64,000 bases of DNA. It comes from a virus. Lineage: Duplodnaviria; Caudoviricetes. A program made the translations under genes and the position numbers. The stretch covers positions 11,448 to 75,447 of IMG/VR virus record IMGVR_UViG_3300020046_003652; one strand, given 5' to 3'. The notes under the pieces were generated by a model. It was given only the letters and a program-made list of their open reading frames with translations, searched no databases and had not been told where the DNA came from. Positions 37,333-47,495 of the stretch are shown here, piece after piece (position 1 is the first letter of the stretch; each line of letters starts with the position of its first letter).

Positions 37333-37541
37333 TGACGTATCTCTTCTGCACACTTAGACTTAACTAATATTACATTAGAATAATCACCTAAGTATTTTTT
37401 CTCTTTTGCTTCTTTAGTAAAATCAACATGATAACTGTATTTATTTTCTAATACAACTTTACCATATACATTATCTTCTTTAGCATCTAAAGTATTATTA
37501 CTATTCATAAATACTACAGTAATTAAACAAGTTACAAACAT
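37329..37541 (-). CDS. Hypothetical protein
   Basis: 70-aa ORF in the tiled minus-strand operon. Confidence 0.45.
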   Translation of the reverse strand: MFVTCLITVVFMNSNNTLDAKEDNVYGKVVLENKYSYHVDFTKEAKEKKYLGDYSNVILVKSKCAEEIRQ

Positions 37542-37544
37542 ATA

Positions 37545-37871
37545 TTACTCTTTTTTAAATCTATTATCTAGATTAGGATGATTATAATAAGTATCTATTG
37601 CCATTGCTAAATTAGCCATTGCGTTGCCTAAGTGTAACGATTTACTCTCATCGTCAATATCTTCACCATCTAAGAATTGGTAAATATGTCTTAGCGCAGC
37701 ACTGACTGTTCTAGTTATTTCAATACCATTTTTATAATTCCATGATTGATACTTAGATGCACCAAACGTTAACGCTTTACCCATTTCATACATTGCTTCT
37801 TTTGGGACAAAAGCAAGTACTGGTTTTTCTGAATCATTTTTTAAACCTATTTTAAGTTTCTTGTCTTGCAT
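37545..37871 (-). CDS. dATP/dGTP diphosphohydrolase-like (DUF5664)
   Basis: GLKNDSEKP...ALTFGASKY..WNY..G......SAALRH......GEDID.ES...HL..A..N. Confidence 0.8.
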   Translation of the reverse strand: MQDKKLKIGLKNDSEKPVLAFVPKEAMYEMGKALTFGASKYQSWNYKNGIEITRTVSAALRHIYQFLDGEDIDDESKSLHLGNAMANLAMAIDTYYNHPNLDNRFKKE

Positions 37872-38018
37872 TTTCTTGTTGCTCCTGGTTAACTTCTTTA
37901 ATCATAACAGGATTTCTTAGAATTGTCACTAACTTTTCTGCTTCAATCATAGGTTTAGTCATAAGATATCGATATAGTTCATTAATTTGTTCTTCTGAAT
38001 ATGTTCTTTCGTATTTTT

Positions 38019-38279
38019 TCATTTTGTCTCCTTAATTATCATTAATTTACTGTTACATATATAAGAATCAGCTATCGTTTCTTCGAATCTAATTTTATAA
38101 GTTAAACGACAATCTGAGTAAGATTTTCCTTCTTCATAAACTATCCCAATAAATCCCTCATAAAACCCATCTGTAACAATAACTCTATCATTATATTTAA
38201 ATTTAGTTTCAACTGCTCTATTTGTATAGTCCCTAGTATTGCAGCCAATTAACAATAAACACAAAAATATGTTTTTCAT
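38019..38279 (-). CDS. Small lipoprotein with SH3/KOW-like fold
   Basis: MKNIFLCLLLIGC lipobox-like; FKYNDRVIVTDGFYEG. Confidence 0.55.
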   Translation of the reverse strand: MKNIFLCLLLIGCNTRDYTNRAVETKFKYNDRVIVTDGFYEGFIGIVYEEGKSYSDCRLTYKIRFEETIADSYICNSKLMIIKETK

Positions 38280-38557
38280 ATTACTTTCTCCCATCCAGTT
38301 ACAGCATATGCTGCCGTATAAGAATATCTTCCAGATGTATCAATAAAATTAGTTAAGGTTAAAGCTAAGTACGCATTTTTTCTACTATGAAATTTAAACA
38401 ATCCTATTTTAATCATATTAAAACGTTATTTTATGTAAATTATCAATCATATAATTTCCTATGTAACTATACATTCCTTGATTATGTATAAAATGTCTAG
38501 GTTTAATAAATAAAAAATATATATTATTATTTGTTTCTACATTAGTTTTTCTAATAC

Positions 38558-39853
38558 TTATTTTTGCCATATGAGACTATTATTGTATATTGGAATAATT
38601 TTGTCAAGTTCTTTTTTATCATCTACATCATTTAACTTAACAATTCTAGCATCTCCAAAAATATGATTTTTTGTACTTTCGAATATTACTTGACCTATTT
38701 GGTTATTGTTAATAGCCAAAGATTTAGCATATATATCAATTCCTGATAAACTTGGAGCGATAAACACCTTAGTACCGTCGAATGTAGTAAATTGAGCTTC
38801 GCAATGGGTGTGCCCAAAAAGGCACAGTTTAAATGGAGGTTTATTTATTGTAATTTCTCCATAATTGAATTTGTTAATCGCTGCTCCTAAGCTATCTGTA
38901 TTTAATGATTTACCTGGATTACCTAGTTGCTTAGAAAACATAGTGTCACCATGAGTTACTAGACATCTTCCTGCTGGTAAATTTATCTCAGCAAACATTG
39001 CTTCTGGAATATTAAAGTCAATTCGTTTTTCATTTCTAAAAGCAGCACTTAATGCAAAAAATACTGGAGCTAAATTAGAATCAAATTTATGGGATGTTAC
39101 ACGATTACCATGTTCTCTACGATGCATACCATCATCGTGATTGCCGGATAAACAACTAACTGTTATATTTTTATAGAACTGAGAACAATAACTAATAAAA
39201 TGTGTTAATATATGTATTGCTCCGTTTTGTTGATAAGACAATAGTTCCATAGTGCGAGCAGTTAGATCGTGTATAGTTCCTTGAAGTAAATCACCATTTA
39301 ACACAATATGTAATCTTTCAACATCTGCTCTTTTCTCTATTTTATAGTCAGCAACTTGTTGTGCTAAATAAGCAGTTCTTCGACATGCTTCTTTCCAACC
39401 ATAAGAATTAACTCCACCGACTTCTTTAGTTGGAACGATAAGACCATAGTGAGTATCATTTAACATCACCACTACTTCTCGTTTAATACCTGTTTTTTTA
39501 TTATATTTTAATGGCTGAGCTTTAGGTAATTTAACAGGAACTACTAAATTATCTATAGCATTTTTTAATTCATCTCTAAAGTTTAAAGTTTTACCCAAAG
39601 ATGTCTCTAACTTAGAAATATAATTAGCTTCGTTCTTTGTCTTTTGAATACCTGCTAAATCTTTATCACCTAAAGGAAAATAAGCTCTTTTAATTGCAGT
39701 AAGACCTGCACTACGTTTCAACGCATAATCAGTAATACCAAAATCTAACACTTCAGCTTTAGTAACATCAAACGGATGCTTATCTTGCTCTTTTGCTACT
39801 TTTTTTATTGCTGCTATTACTTTTTCGTTGAAATCGTTTTTTGGTTTGTTCAT
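38558..39853 (-). CDS. Calcineurin-like metallophosphoesterase
   Basis: LNDTHYG, NGDLLQG, SGNHD, THGD and FGHTH motifs; likely start MNKPK at 39853. Confidence 0.85.
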   Translation of the reverse strand: MNKPKNDFNEKVIAAIKKVAKEQDKHPFDVTKAEVLDFGITDYALKRSAGLTAIKRAYFPLGDKDLAGIQKTKNEANYISKLETSLGKTLNFRDELKNAIDNLVVPVKLPKAQPLKYNKKTGIKREVVVMLNDTHYGLIVPTKEVGGVNSYGWKEACRRTAYLAQQVADYKIEKRADVERLHIVLNGDLLQGTIHDLTARTMELLSYQQNGAIHILTHFISYCSQFYKNITVSCLSGNHDDGMHRREHGNRVTSHKFDSNLAPVFFALSAAFRNEKRIDFNIPEAMFAEINLPAGRCLVTHGDTMFSKQLGNPGKSLNTDSLGAAINKFNYGEITINKPPFKLCLFGHTHCEAQFTTFDGTKVFIAPSLSGIDIYAKSLAINNNQIGQVIFESTKNHIFGDARIVKLNDVDDKKELDKIIPIYNNSLIWQK

Positions 39854-40358
39854 TCTTAAATTCCTTTTTCTTTTCGTTGTAGATTTTAACAGATGGAAAT
39901 TCTCCTGTTTCAAAATAATATCTATACGCAAAAATATCTAACTTTTTACTTAATAATATTACATCAGGATTAATCTTAATGTCAACTAATTTTACAATTT
40001 GATCCCAAAAATGTGTAGCATGGTGTTCATCTTCATAAATCAACTTACGATACTTTACATCTATTACTTCACCTTTTTTACGTTTCTCTTCCATATGTAA
40101 AGCTGTAAATAAATCAGTATTAGTTGTCTTTCCTCTATGTACCCAATGTACAGCATGTCCCAGTTCATGTAATAGATTAAGTAATAATTGAGTTTTAGAT
40201 AATCCTGGTCTAGTATATACAGTAATACCAGACCCGTCAGTGTAAAACTCTGCAATAGTAGGGTTTACCTTGTCTTTCTTACGATAAACTACTTTAACGC
40301 CTAAACTATTGGCATACGCCTCTAACCGTTTAAGCTCTTGATCTCGTATGTTAGACAT
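39780..40358 (-). CDS. HEXXH metallopeptidase-like (ImmA/IrrE-like)
   Basis: LLNLLHELGHAVHW. Confidence 0.65.
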   Translation of the reverse strand: MSNIRDQELKRLEAYANSLGVKVVYRKKDKVNPTIAEFYTDGSGITVYTRPGLSKTQLLLNLLHELGHAVHWVHRGKTTNTDLFTALHMEEKRKKGEVIDVKYRKLIYEDEHHATHFWDQIVKLVDIKINPDVILLSKKLDIFAYRYYFETGEFPSVKIYNEKKKEFKNEQTKKRFQRKSNSSNKKSSKRAR

Positions 40359-40516
40359 AAACTCCTACAATGGGACAATATTTACATATTCTTCTACATC
40401 TTCTTCAAAAACAACATGTTCACCATCAAAATATATTGTAAAATACCTACTTAGAGTCCAGTATGCTAACTCTGGACCATATACAGATACATCACAAATT
40501 GCTATATTTAAATTCA

Positions 40517-40921
40517 TTAGCTGTTAATTAGGCTATCTGCTTTTTCGTTAAAATTCGCGTCGTGTATGACTTTCTTAATTTCAGATTCTTCAAGAAGTCT
40601 ACGACCATTAATCCAATACTCAGCATGTTTAATATCTAATTCACCAGTTGCATGTTTTTTATATGCAGCACCGTAAGCAACTCCCTTAGTATTATGAAAG
40701 TATTTACCTACTTCTTTTTCTTTAGCTAAATCCATAACAAATTGCTCTAGCTCAACAACAGCGTCAATAGAATCTAATGATCCTTTAAGTTTATCTGTTA
40801 GGAATTCTTTCTTGATATTAGCAAAAACGATTAGATCATAATCTTCACGTTTCTCAGAAAGCCATTCTTTGTAAACGATTTCACCTTTATCTACTGCTTC
40901 TAAATATACTTTTTTTGACAT
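40517..40921 (-). CDS. Hypothetical early protein
   Basis: AGGAG RBS, downstream of TTGACT-17-TAAACT (40969-40941). Confidence 0.65.
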   Translation of the reverse strand: MSKKVYLEAVDKGEIVYKEWLSEKREDYDLIVFANIKKEFLTDKLKGSLDSIDAVVELEQFVMDLAKEKEVGKYFHNTKGVAYGAAYKKHATGELDIKHAEYWINGRRLLEESEIKKVIHDANFNEKADSLINS

Positions 40922-40940
40922 ATGTTTCTCCTTCTTTGTT

Positions 40941-40969
40941 AGTTTAATATAATTTCATCTTAAAGTCAA
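40941..40969 (-). promoter_or_regulatory. Sigma70-type promoter
   Basis: TTGACT-17-TAAACT. Confidence 0.6.
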
Positions 40970-41530
40970 ATTAATTTTGTAAATTTATCATTTTTAGGTA
41001 TAGATCCAATTATCACTTCACCTTTTGTTATATTATCATAATCAATATAGATAATATCATAATATTCTCCAAACGGATCATCTAACGTATATAATAACAT
41101 ACGAACAGAGATATACGGACTATCGTTTATTCTTAATTTCATAATAATTTTACATAATCTCCATTATTCGGAGTAGCTCCTGAAACTACTTTCCCTACAT
41201 CTTCATTTTCGTAATACGATTGATCAAAATCAATATACCAACTATTATAATAAGTATCAAATAACGGATGATCTTTTAAGTAATATAATACCCAAGTATG
41301 TGCGTACTCCCAACTTATTCCTAATTTCATAATAAAACCGATGCAGCAAATCCTGATTTCATTCCATGTACTTTAGTAATTCCATTGCTATTCATAGACG
41401 CAAAGTTTAACCATTGATCTGATATATCACCTAAATAATATACCAGTATTGTTTTATATATAACTCTTTCGTTTTTGGTATCTTCTTCTAAGATATAGTC
41501 CACTACTTTACTTGTATATAAATATCTCAT
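40966..41530 (-). other. Array of 3 mini-ORFs (41327-41530, 41139-41330, 40966-41142)
   Basis: 67, 63 and 58 aa; both internal junctions are TTA-TGA/ATG. Confidence 0.7.
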
Positions 41531-41844
41531 TTATTTTTCCTATTCAATAAACCTGTTATAGATAAAAAACTATTGTATAATATTATCCCTATAGATAAAC
41601 CAACAATAGTTAGCATTCCTATCATTGCTAATATTAGTAAAAATATGTTTAAAGCCATAAGAGTATCTAACATTATTTTATTCCTTACCTATTAAATATG
41701 ATCCAGTTACCATAGAAGCAAGACCTAATATTATGATTAATAAAAATAAAGACCCTGTACCTCCATTAATCGCATCTATTATTAATAATATAAACATAAT
41801 ACTCATAGGTAAATGGAACAGAAACCTTCCTAGTAGCTTTTTCA

Positions 41845-43164
41845 TTATTTCAATCCCTTCATACTAATAGTCTTAACATTAGGATGATTCTTTAAAGGAT
41901 GGTCCATTGTACCGTTCTCGGATATAACAATAACCATTTGTGTTTCAGGATCAACATTAGTTCCATAATATCCATCAGTTAAAATAATAGTAAGATCTGG
42001 TTTAGCTTTATTAACTTTCTCAACAGTATCAGTCATATCCGTTCCACCAGATTCAATCTCTTCTTCTTTAATCTTATTACCTAATTTATATTTCTTAAGC
42101 TTATACAAAGAAGTGTGCCAGAAACCTAACATACATTTTCTACTACCTGCTTTAAGAAACCCGTCTACAACAGCTAAGAATTCGTTTAGTTCTTTAACTG
42201 AAATAGATCCAGATGTATCTGCTAATTCCCACAATTCAGGCAATTTAGCTAATGTTGTACCTTTAGCAACTACACCATATCGTTTATTTGGTCTTTTCCA
42301 TGTAGCAGCTCTGTCAGTAAAGCTAACAGACTTTTTAATAGCAGATTGTAGTATCTGTCTATAGTTCATCTTATTTAAGAAAGTATTCATTTCTTCGATA
42401 AGATCTTTAATAGCATCTGGTAAATCTGATTTATCGTAACTAGTTTTTTCCATAGTACGTTTAATCATCTTTTTCATTTCTTCAGCCATTTGCTTCTTCT
42501 CATCATCAGAAAGACTATCCCACATATGTTGATCTAGAGTTTCTCCTTCTCCATATGCTTCTCCTCCTTCTCCAATTCCATCTTCTTTCATCTTTTCTCC
42601 AGCTTTTTTCAAAGCATTTGGATTATCTTTAAGTAATTCCAAATATACTTCTGCTGTTGCAAACTTAGGAAAAGGTTGACCGTCATCTGTTTCAAAATAC
42701 TTAACATCTACACATCCTTCTGGAAGTGAGCGAATATACTGATTAATCGCCATATCTGCAGCTAGATTTGCTTTTTTAGCTTCATCTTTATTTGCTTCTG
42801 TTCTCTCCATTCCAAATCTAAATACGTGAGCATTAGTGAAATGTAACACTTCGTGGTGAAGAACACCAATACGATGATCTAACGACATTTTAGCAAAGAA
42901 TTGAGGATTGATTAATATTTCAAATGATTGTCTCTTTTTATCATAACATAAAGCAGCTGTAGGTAATTGATATGATGGCTTAAAATTCATTTCTTGTAAT
43001 AATCCACCAATGAATGGATTTTCGTTAGTAAAATAATATAAAGATTGTTGTAGTTCTTTTGAGAATTGTTTATATTCTTCTACTCTATCTACCTTAACTT
43101 CTTCAAGCATTTTATTAAGTTCAGGTATCTCTGTAATTTCTTTTTTAGTTTTTTCTTCTGACAT
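41845..43164 (-). CDS. vWA-domain protein with N-terminal HEXXH region (DUF2201-like)
   Basis: LHHEVLH...ADMAIN; MIDAS-like ADTSGSIS, GGTDM and ILTDGY. Confidence 0.85.
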   Translation of the reverse strand: MSEEKTKKEITEIPELNKMLEEVKVDRVEEYKQFSKELQQSLYYFTNENPFIGGLLQEMNFKPSYQLPTAALCYDKKRQSFEILINPQFFAKMSLDHRIGVLHHEVLHFTNAHVFRFGMERTEANKDEAKKANLAADMAINQYIRSLPEGCVDVKYFETDDGQPFPKFATAEVYLELLKDNPNALKKAGEKMKEDGIGEGGEAYGEGETLDQHMWDSLSDDEKKQMAEEMKKMIKRTMEKTSYDKSDLPDAIKDLIEEMNTFLNKMNYRQILQSAIKKSVSFTDRAATWKRPNKRYGVVAKGTTLAKLPELWELADTSGSISVKELNEFLAVVDGFLKAGSRKCMLGFWHTSLYKLKKYKLGNKIKEEEIESGGTDMTDTVEKVNKAKPDLTIILTDGYYGTNVDPETQMVIVISENGTMDHPLKNHPNVKTISMKGLK

Positions 43165-43188
43165 TGTAAGTACCCCTTTTATATTATT

Positions 43189-43217
43189 ATTATCTTATAC
43201 TTTATAGAAAAAGTCAA
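43189..43217 (-). promoter_or_regulatory. Sigma70-type promoter
   Basis: TTGACT-17-GATAAT. Confidence 0.45.
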
Positions 43218-43227
43218 TATATTATTT

Positions 43228-43746
43228 CTATCTCCTAATTAAAAAATATCCATCAGTTTGCATAATGCCTTCGAATTTATCATCTGGATTCCAGAAATAT
43301 TTATCTTTTACTATCCAATTAAAACTAATATATGATTTGGGCCAAATAGAATTACTAACTATCTTTACTGTCATATAACCTCCATTAGAATATAATTTTA
43401 AATTCGCTTAATTTTCTTATCCCATTGGCAAATAGGACGTTATTATCGTATGAATATACGGCATACGCAGCCCCATCTTTATAAAAACTTAAAGGAAGAT
43501 TTCTTTTTTTATAGTGATCCCAATAATGTCCAATTTTCATAGTGGTGTTGTTTCTTCTATTATATTTTCTCGTACAAACCCTGTTATACCTCTACTGTAA
43601 TAAGTAAATGAATCATCTTCATTTTGTTCTTCTATTAATTTAATAGATATAGTATTAAACATCGAGTAATTAATATTAAAAAATAATTCAGGTATAATAT
43701 AATCGCTTATTTCATCTCTACTTATATTTACTATATCTAGTTTCAT
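43228..43746 (-). other. Array of 3 mini-ORFs (43537-43746, 43385-43540, 43228-43374)
   Basis: Starts MKLDIV, MKIGHY and MTVKIV; hand-translated. Confidence 0.6.
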
Positions 43747-43758
43747 ATAATCTCCAAG

Positions 43759-43799
43759 AAAAAAGACCTCCGGCAAGAGGGGACTGCCTACCAGAGGTC
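43759..43799 (-). terminator. Hairpin with U-run after the AAA+ gene
   Basis: Minus strand: GACCTC-TGGTA-GGCA-GTCCCCTCT-TGCC-G-GAGGTC-TTTTT. Confidence 0.6.
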
Positions 43800-43810
43800 A
43801 CGGAAAAGAT

Positions 43811-44869
43811 TTATTGAGCTTTCTTTAATACTGCTTTGAAATACTTAAGTAAATCAGGATATTGTGTAGTTAGTGCATTTAAAATATCTTTTGAATTTCT
43901 TTTGTATTCCATTTCTTTAATTAAAGACATTGCTTGTTCAGGTCCAATTGCCAAACAGATTTCATATAACATTTCATCTGTTACTGATTTCTCATTCTCT
44001 AGTAATGATCTACAAGTAATTGAAACGTGACCAGTTTTATAGTTCTTAGGATCACAGAAGTCTCTTAATCGTTTCATTGACTTCTTTAATGACTTTTCAA
44101 TTTCTTCAAACGTTACAGGTTGTTCATTATGTTTGAACTGATAAAATGCTTTACCTGTTAATTCTCCTAAGATTGCATTATAAATCTCTAGTTCTAAAGA
44201 TTCAGGAACAGCAGATTTAATTGCATTATCTAATTTAGAGAATGTTCTAGGAGATAAGTACTTACTTCCTGCGACATTAGAAATCTCTTCTGGTCTAGAA
44301 TACTGCCAAGTACCTGATTGTACGAATAATTGAATAACTGGATTATAGTTAACTTTTTCCATATACTCAACATGTACTTTTTTGCTATATTCTAGTTCAA
44401 AAAACTCCAATCGATCTTTAAGAGCAGTATCCATTGAATTTACATCATTATGCTCATTCTCTGGATTAATTGCTGTTACAATAATCCAGCCATCAGGTAA
44501 TTGGTAATCTTTGACTTTACGGTCAGTCAGTAATTGCATAAAACAGTTCATAACTGAAGTAGTTCCACGATTAATCTCATCGATAAACATTACTCCATTG
44601 CCTTCTGTAGGCCAAAAATCAGGTAGAGCGTGTTCTGTTCGTTGTCTACCATTAGTGTTTACGATTGTAGGAAATCCAATTAGATCAGGCGCTTCTAATA
44701 AAGCCGTTCTGATGTCAATTACTGGATACCCTTGACTTCTAGCCCATTGCTGAACTATCTCTGATTTGCCAAGCCCTGGAGCACTTACAAAGCAAGGTGT
44801 AAATGTTTTACCTTGTTCGCGTGCTCTCTTAGCCATATTTAAAATTTCTGGAATGTGACTTACATTCAT
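43811..44869 (-). CDS. MoxR-like AAA+ ATPase
   Basis: Walker A SAPGLGKS, Walker B FIDEINR, sensor TAINP, ALKDRL, and SPRT. Confidence 0.9.
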   Translation of the reverse strand: MNVSHIPEILNMAKRAREQGKTFTPCFVSAPGLGKSEIVQQWARSQGYPVIDIRTALLEAPDLIGFPTIVNTNGRQRTEHALPDFWPTEGNGVMFIDEINRGTTSVMNCFMQLLTDRKVKDYQLPDGWIIVTAINPENEHNDVNSMDTALKDRLEFFELEYSKKVHVEYMEKVNYNPVIQLFVQSGTWQYSRPEEISNVAGSKYLSPRTFSKLDNAIKSAVPESLELEIYNAILGELTGKAFYQFKHNEQPVTFEEIEKSLKKSMKRLRDFCDPKNYKTGHVSITCRSLLENEKSVTDEMLYEICLAIGPEQAMSLIKEMEYKRNSKDILNALTTQYPDLLKYFKAVLKKAQ

Positions 44870-44922
44870 GTTTTGCCCCTTTGTTATTTTAGTTAAGAAC
44901 CACTCTTAACTCTTATATAATT

Positions 44923-44951
44923 AGTGTATAATAGTTTCTATAATAAGTCAA
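44923..44951 (-). promoter_or_regulatory. Sigma70-type promoter
   Basis: TTGACT-17-TACACT. Confidence 0.65.
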
Positions 44952-44959
44952 TACTTATT

Positions 44960-46753
44960 TTATAATATTTTATCTAATTTTGCTTGTTCCATGTCTTTAT
45001 ATTTAAACATATTGAATAATCCAATATAACCTATTCTATAAATAATGGTATCATCTATGAATTCAAGTAGTTTAGGATATTCTTTGTCATTACAGTTTAA
45101 TATATGTAATTTCATAAATATATTGTTCCTAACATAGGAGTAAGACCATCTACTTGAAAATAAGGAAGACTCCCTTGACCTAATCGAACTGATCCATAGT
45201 ATGTAGTATAGAATAGATGATTTGTTTGTCTAACGCTATCTATAAATAATTTCATAATTGTTTAAATAATCCTTGAAATTCTAGAATATAATCTGTTGTA
45301 AATTCAAATTCGCCTGTTACTTTATTTACATTAGCTAACAGTGGACTGAAACGTATAAACATTTGATTACTTAATAGTCCTATATAAATCATAATAGACC
45401 TTCATTATAAAACATATTAGCAGCGTTCCAAGATTGACATAATTGTTGATTAAAATGAATAAATACAGGAGTTTGATACTCATCTAATAACATAAAATAG
45501 ATATATTTAGGCATAATACTAAAATCAGAACTATAATAAGCTTCTGGTTTACTATAAAGTTGCATATATCTCTTCCATAGATAAAACTAGTCCTATTGGT
45601 ACTAAAGCTGCTCGTTTATGATATTCTGGATGCTGATTAAAATGTTCTATATACCATGAACCATTAAATACTAAAAATAAATTCCCACACCATTGCGTTA
45701 CTATTAAGCTCATAACCAATTCTTCTCTCTATATGCATCTATTTCATCACTAACTACTTTAATTGTTTTTCTAAATCCAGTTGTAGTTTTGCGATCATAT
45801 ATCTCAGATGTTGCAATATAAAGTACATCTTCCCATCCACCTGTATAGTATTTATTATGATAATAACTTAAAAATGATTTATATATTAATAATTTCATAA
45901 ATAATACCACGGTACTATTATTTTTGTTGGTGTTATTCTACTAAATTCAAACCTAGTTGAGTCTATCCATCCAGAGCAGTTTGCCGTATTGCCTAAATTC
46001 AAGTACTTAATTTTACTATCATAGAAAGAAATAAATACGTATAGTTTCATAATATTTTATCCTTATCAAAATCCATAAAATCCAACACACTATGATGAAA
46101 ATTTCCACGTATGTTTATTTTATAAATATATTCAAATCCTACTCCAAAATGTAATTGGTTGAAACCAATAAATAATTTCATAATAATACCCTATTAGGGA
46201 AAGTCCAGCAACTTTGAACTAAAAGGCTTTCTCCTATGAATATTTGTCCAATGACTAATAAATGAATTGGTTGTTTATGAAAATCATAATTAACTATACA
46301 TAGTTTCATATAAGTATAGCCGTTCTGTCGTGATTCGACTCTGCTGTTGCACAAAATACTTTATGATTCTGTATTATATATACATGGAGTAATGTATTAT
46401 CACTAGTTGGGAAATGAAAAGCTAATACTTTACCTTTGTTACTAAACCATGGAGCAATGTAAGAAGTTAATTGTATTTTCATAATTTAATATTACTCCAA
46501 TCTGGATCATCTATAAATGCAGTTCCTATATGATTTGAAATATTTAAATAAAACCAAATTCTAGGATCTTTATTATAATAAACAGCAAAACCTAAGTCAT
46601 AATTTATACTCCAAGGAGACTTACTTAAATATAATACAACTTTTATAGCGTCCAAAACTTATACCCAGGATAAGATGAATGTACGTCAAAGCTAAAAGTA
46701 GAATCAGTATGGTAAAATCCACTATGTTGCTTCGAATTTATGAATATATCCAT
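44960..46753 (-). other. Array of 12 mini-ORFs (starts at 46753, 46655, 46482, 46309, 46181, 46050, 45898, 45713, 45565, 45392, 45255, 45115)
   Basis: 36-62 aa each, gap-free tiling; 9 ATGA overlaps, 8 of them preceded by TTA. Confidence 0.75.
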
Positions 46754-46802
46754 AGTATTACCTTTAGTAGTTTGCATTATTATTATCGTAGTCATTGGTA
46801 TA

Positions 46803-47495
46803 TTATAAACTAAGTAATAGTTCTTGTAAAGCTTTTTGATTCTTTTTTAATGAGTAATTTAAACACATTTTAACATCTATGATTGTTTCGAATCTTTTTA
46901 CTGTTTTAAACAATTTTTCGTAAAATTTAACTTTATTATGATCTCCACTAAATTCAGATGCCAGTCCTAACTCCCCAGATTCTTTGGGATATACATATAC
47001 TTTATCACCTTCTTTATATTCTTTTCCGGCAACTGCTCTTAGTAATTTTTGCTCATTTTCTCGTACAGATGCATACGTTTTCTCAGAAAGAGTCATCTTT
47101 TTTGCCCAAGGCGTAATATCTTCTATCTTACTAATTTCTTTTATATAACTTGTATATACAGCAGGAATTTCGTCTATTTTATTAAAAACAATAAGATCAA
47201 TACACTCTTTCAAAAACTCTTTAAGTCTAGGTTCTAGTGTTGATGATTTTAATGATGAACCTTTAAGCTTGATTTTTTTACCATCATACATTATATAATT
47301 CTTAGCTTTTAATATTATATAGCGTGGAAAATAACCATCATCCGTAAATTTAATCTCAGAATGATACAAACTGTTAAGTTCTTCTAAAAGAGATTCTCTT
47401 TCATCTTCTGAAATAAAGGAACCATCTTGTTTACATATACTAATGGCATCTGTATCTATATTACAGAGAGTAAAACTATGTTTCTTCTGTATCAT
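46803..47495 (-). CDS. polB: Family B DNA polymerase, C-terminal subunit
   Basis: NIDTDAI (motif C), KAKNY and LKGSSLK; own GAGGAG RBS before ATG at 47495. Confidence 0.85.
   Translation of the reverse strand: MIQKKHSFTLCNIDTDAISICKQDGSFISEDERESLLEELNSLYHSEIKFTDDGYFPRYIILKAKNYIMYDGKKIKLKGSSLKSSTLEPRLKEFLKECIDLIVFNKIDEIPAVYTSYIKEISKIEDITPWAKKMTLSEKTYASVRENEQKLLRAVAGKEYKEGDKVYVYPKESGELGLASEFSGDHNKVKFYEKLFKTVKRFETIIDVKMCLNYSLKKNQKALQELLLSL

Noticed and set aside
44960-46753. Mini-ORF array as a CRISPR-like repeat-spacer array
   Set aside because: The shared junction is only ~6-11 nt and degenerate, units are 110-190 nt open reading frames, and there is no cas operon.
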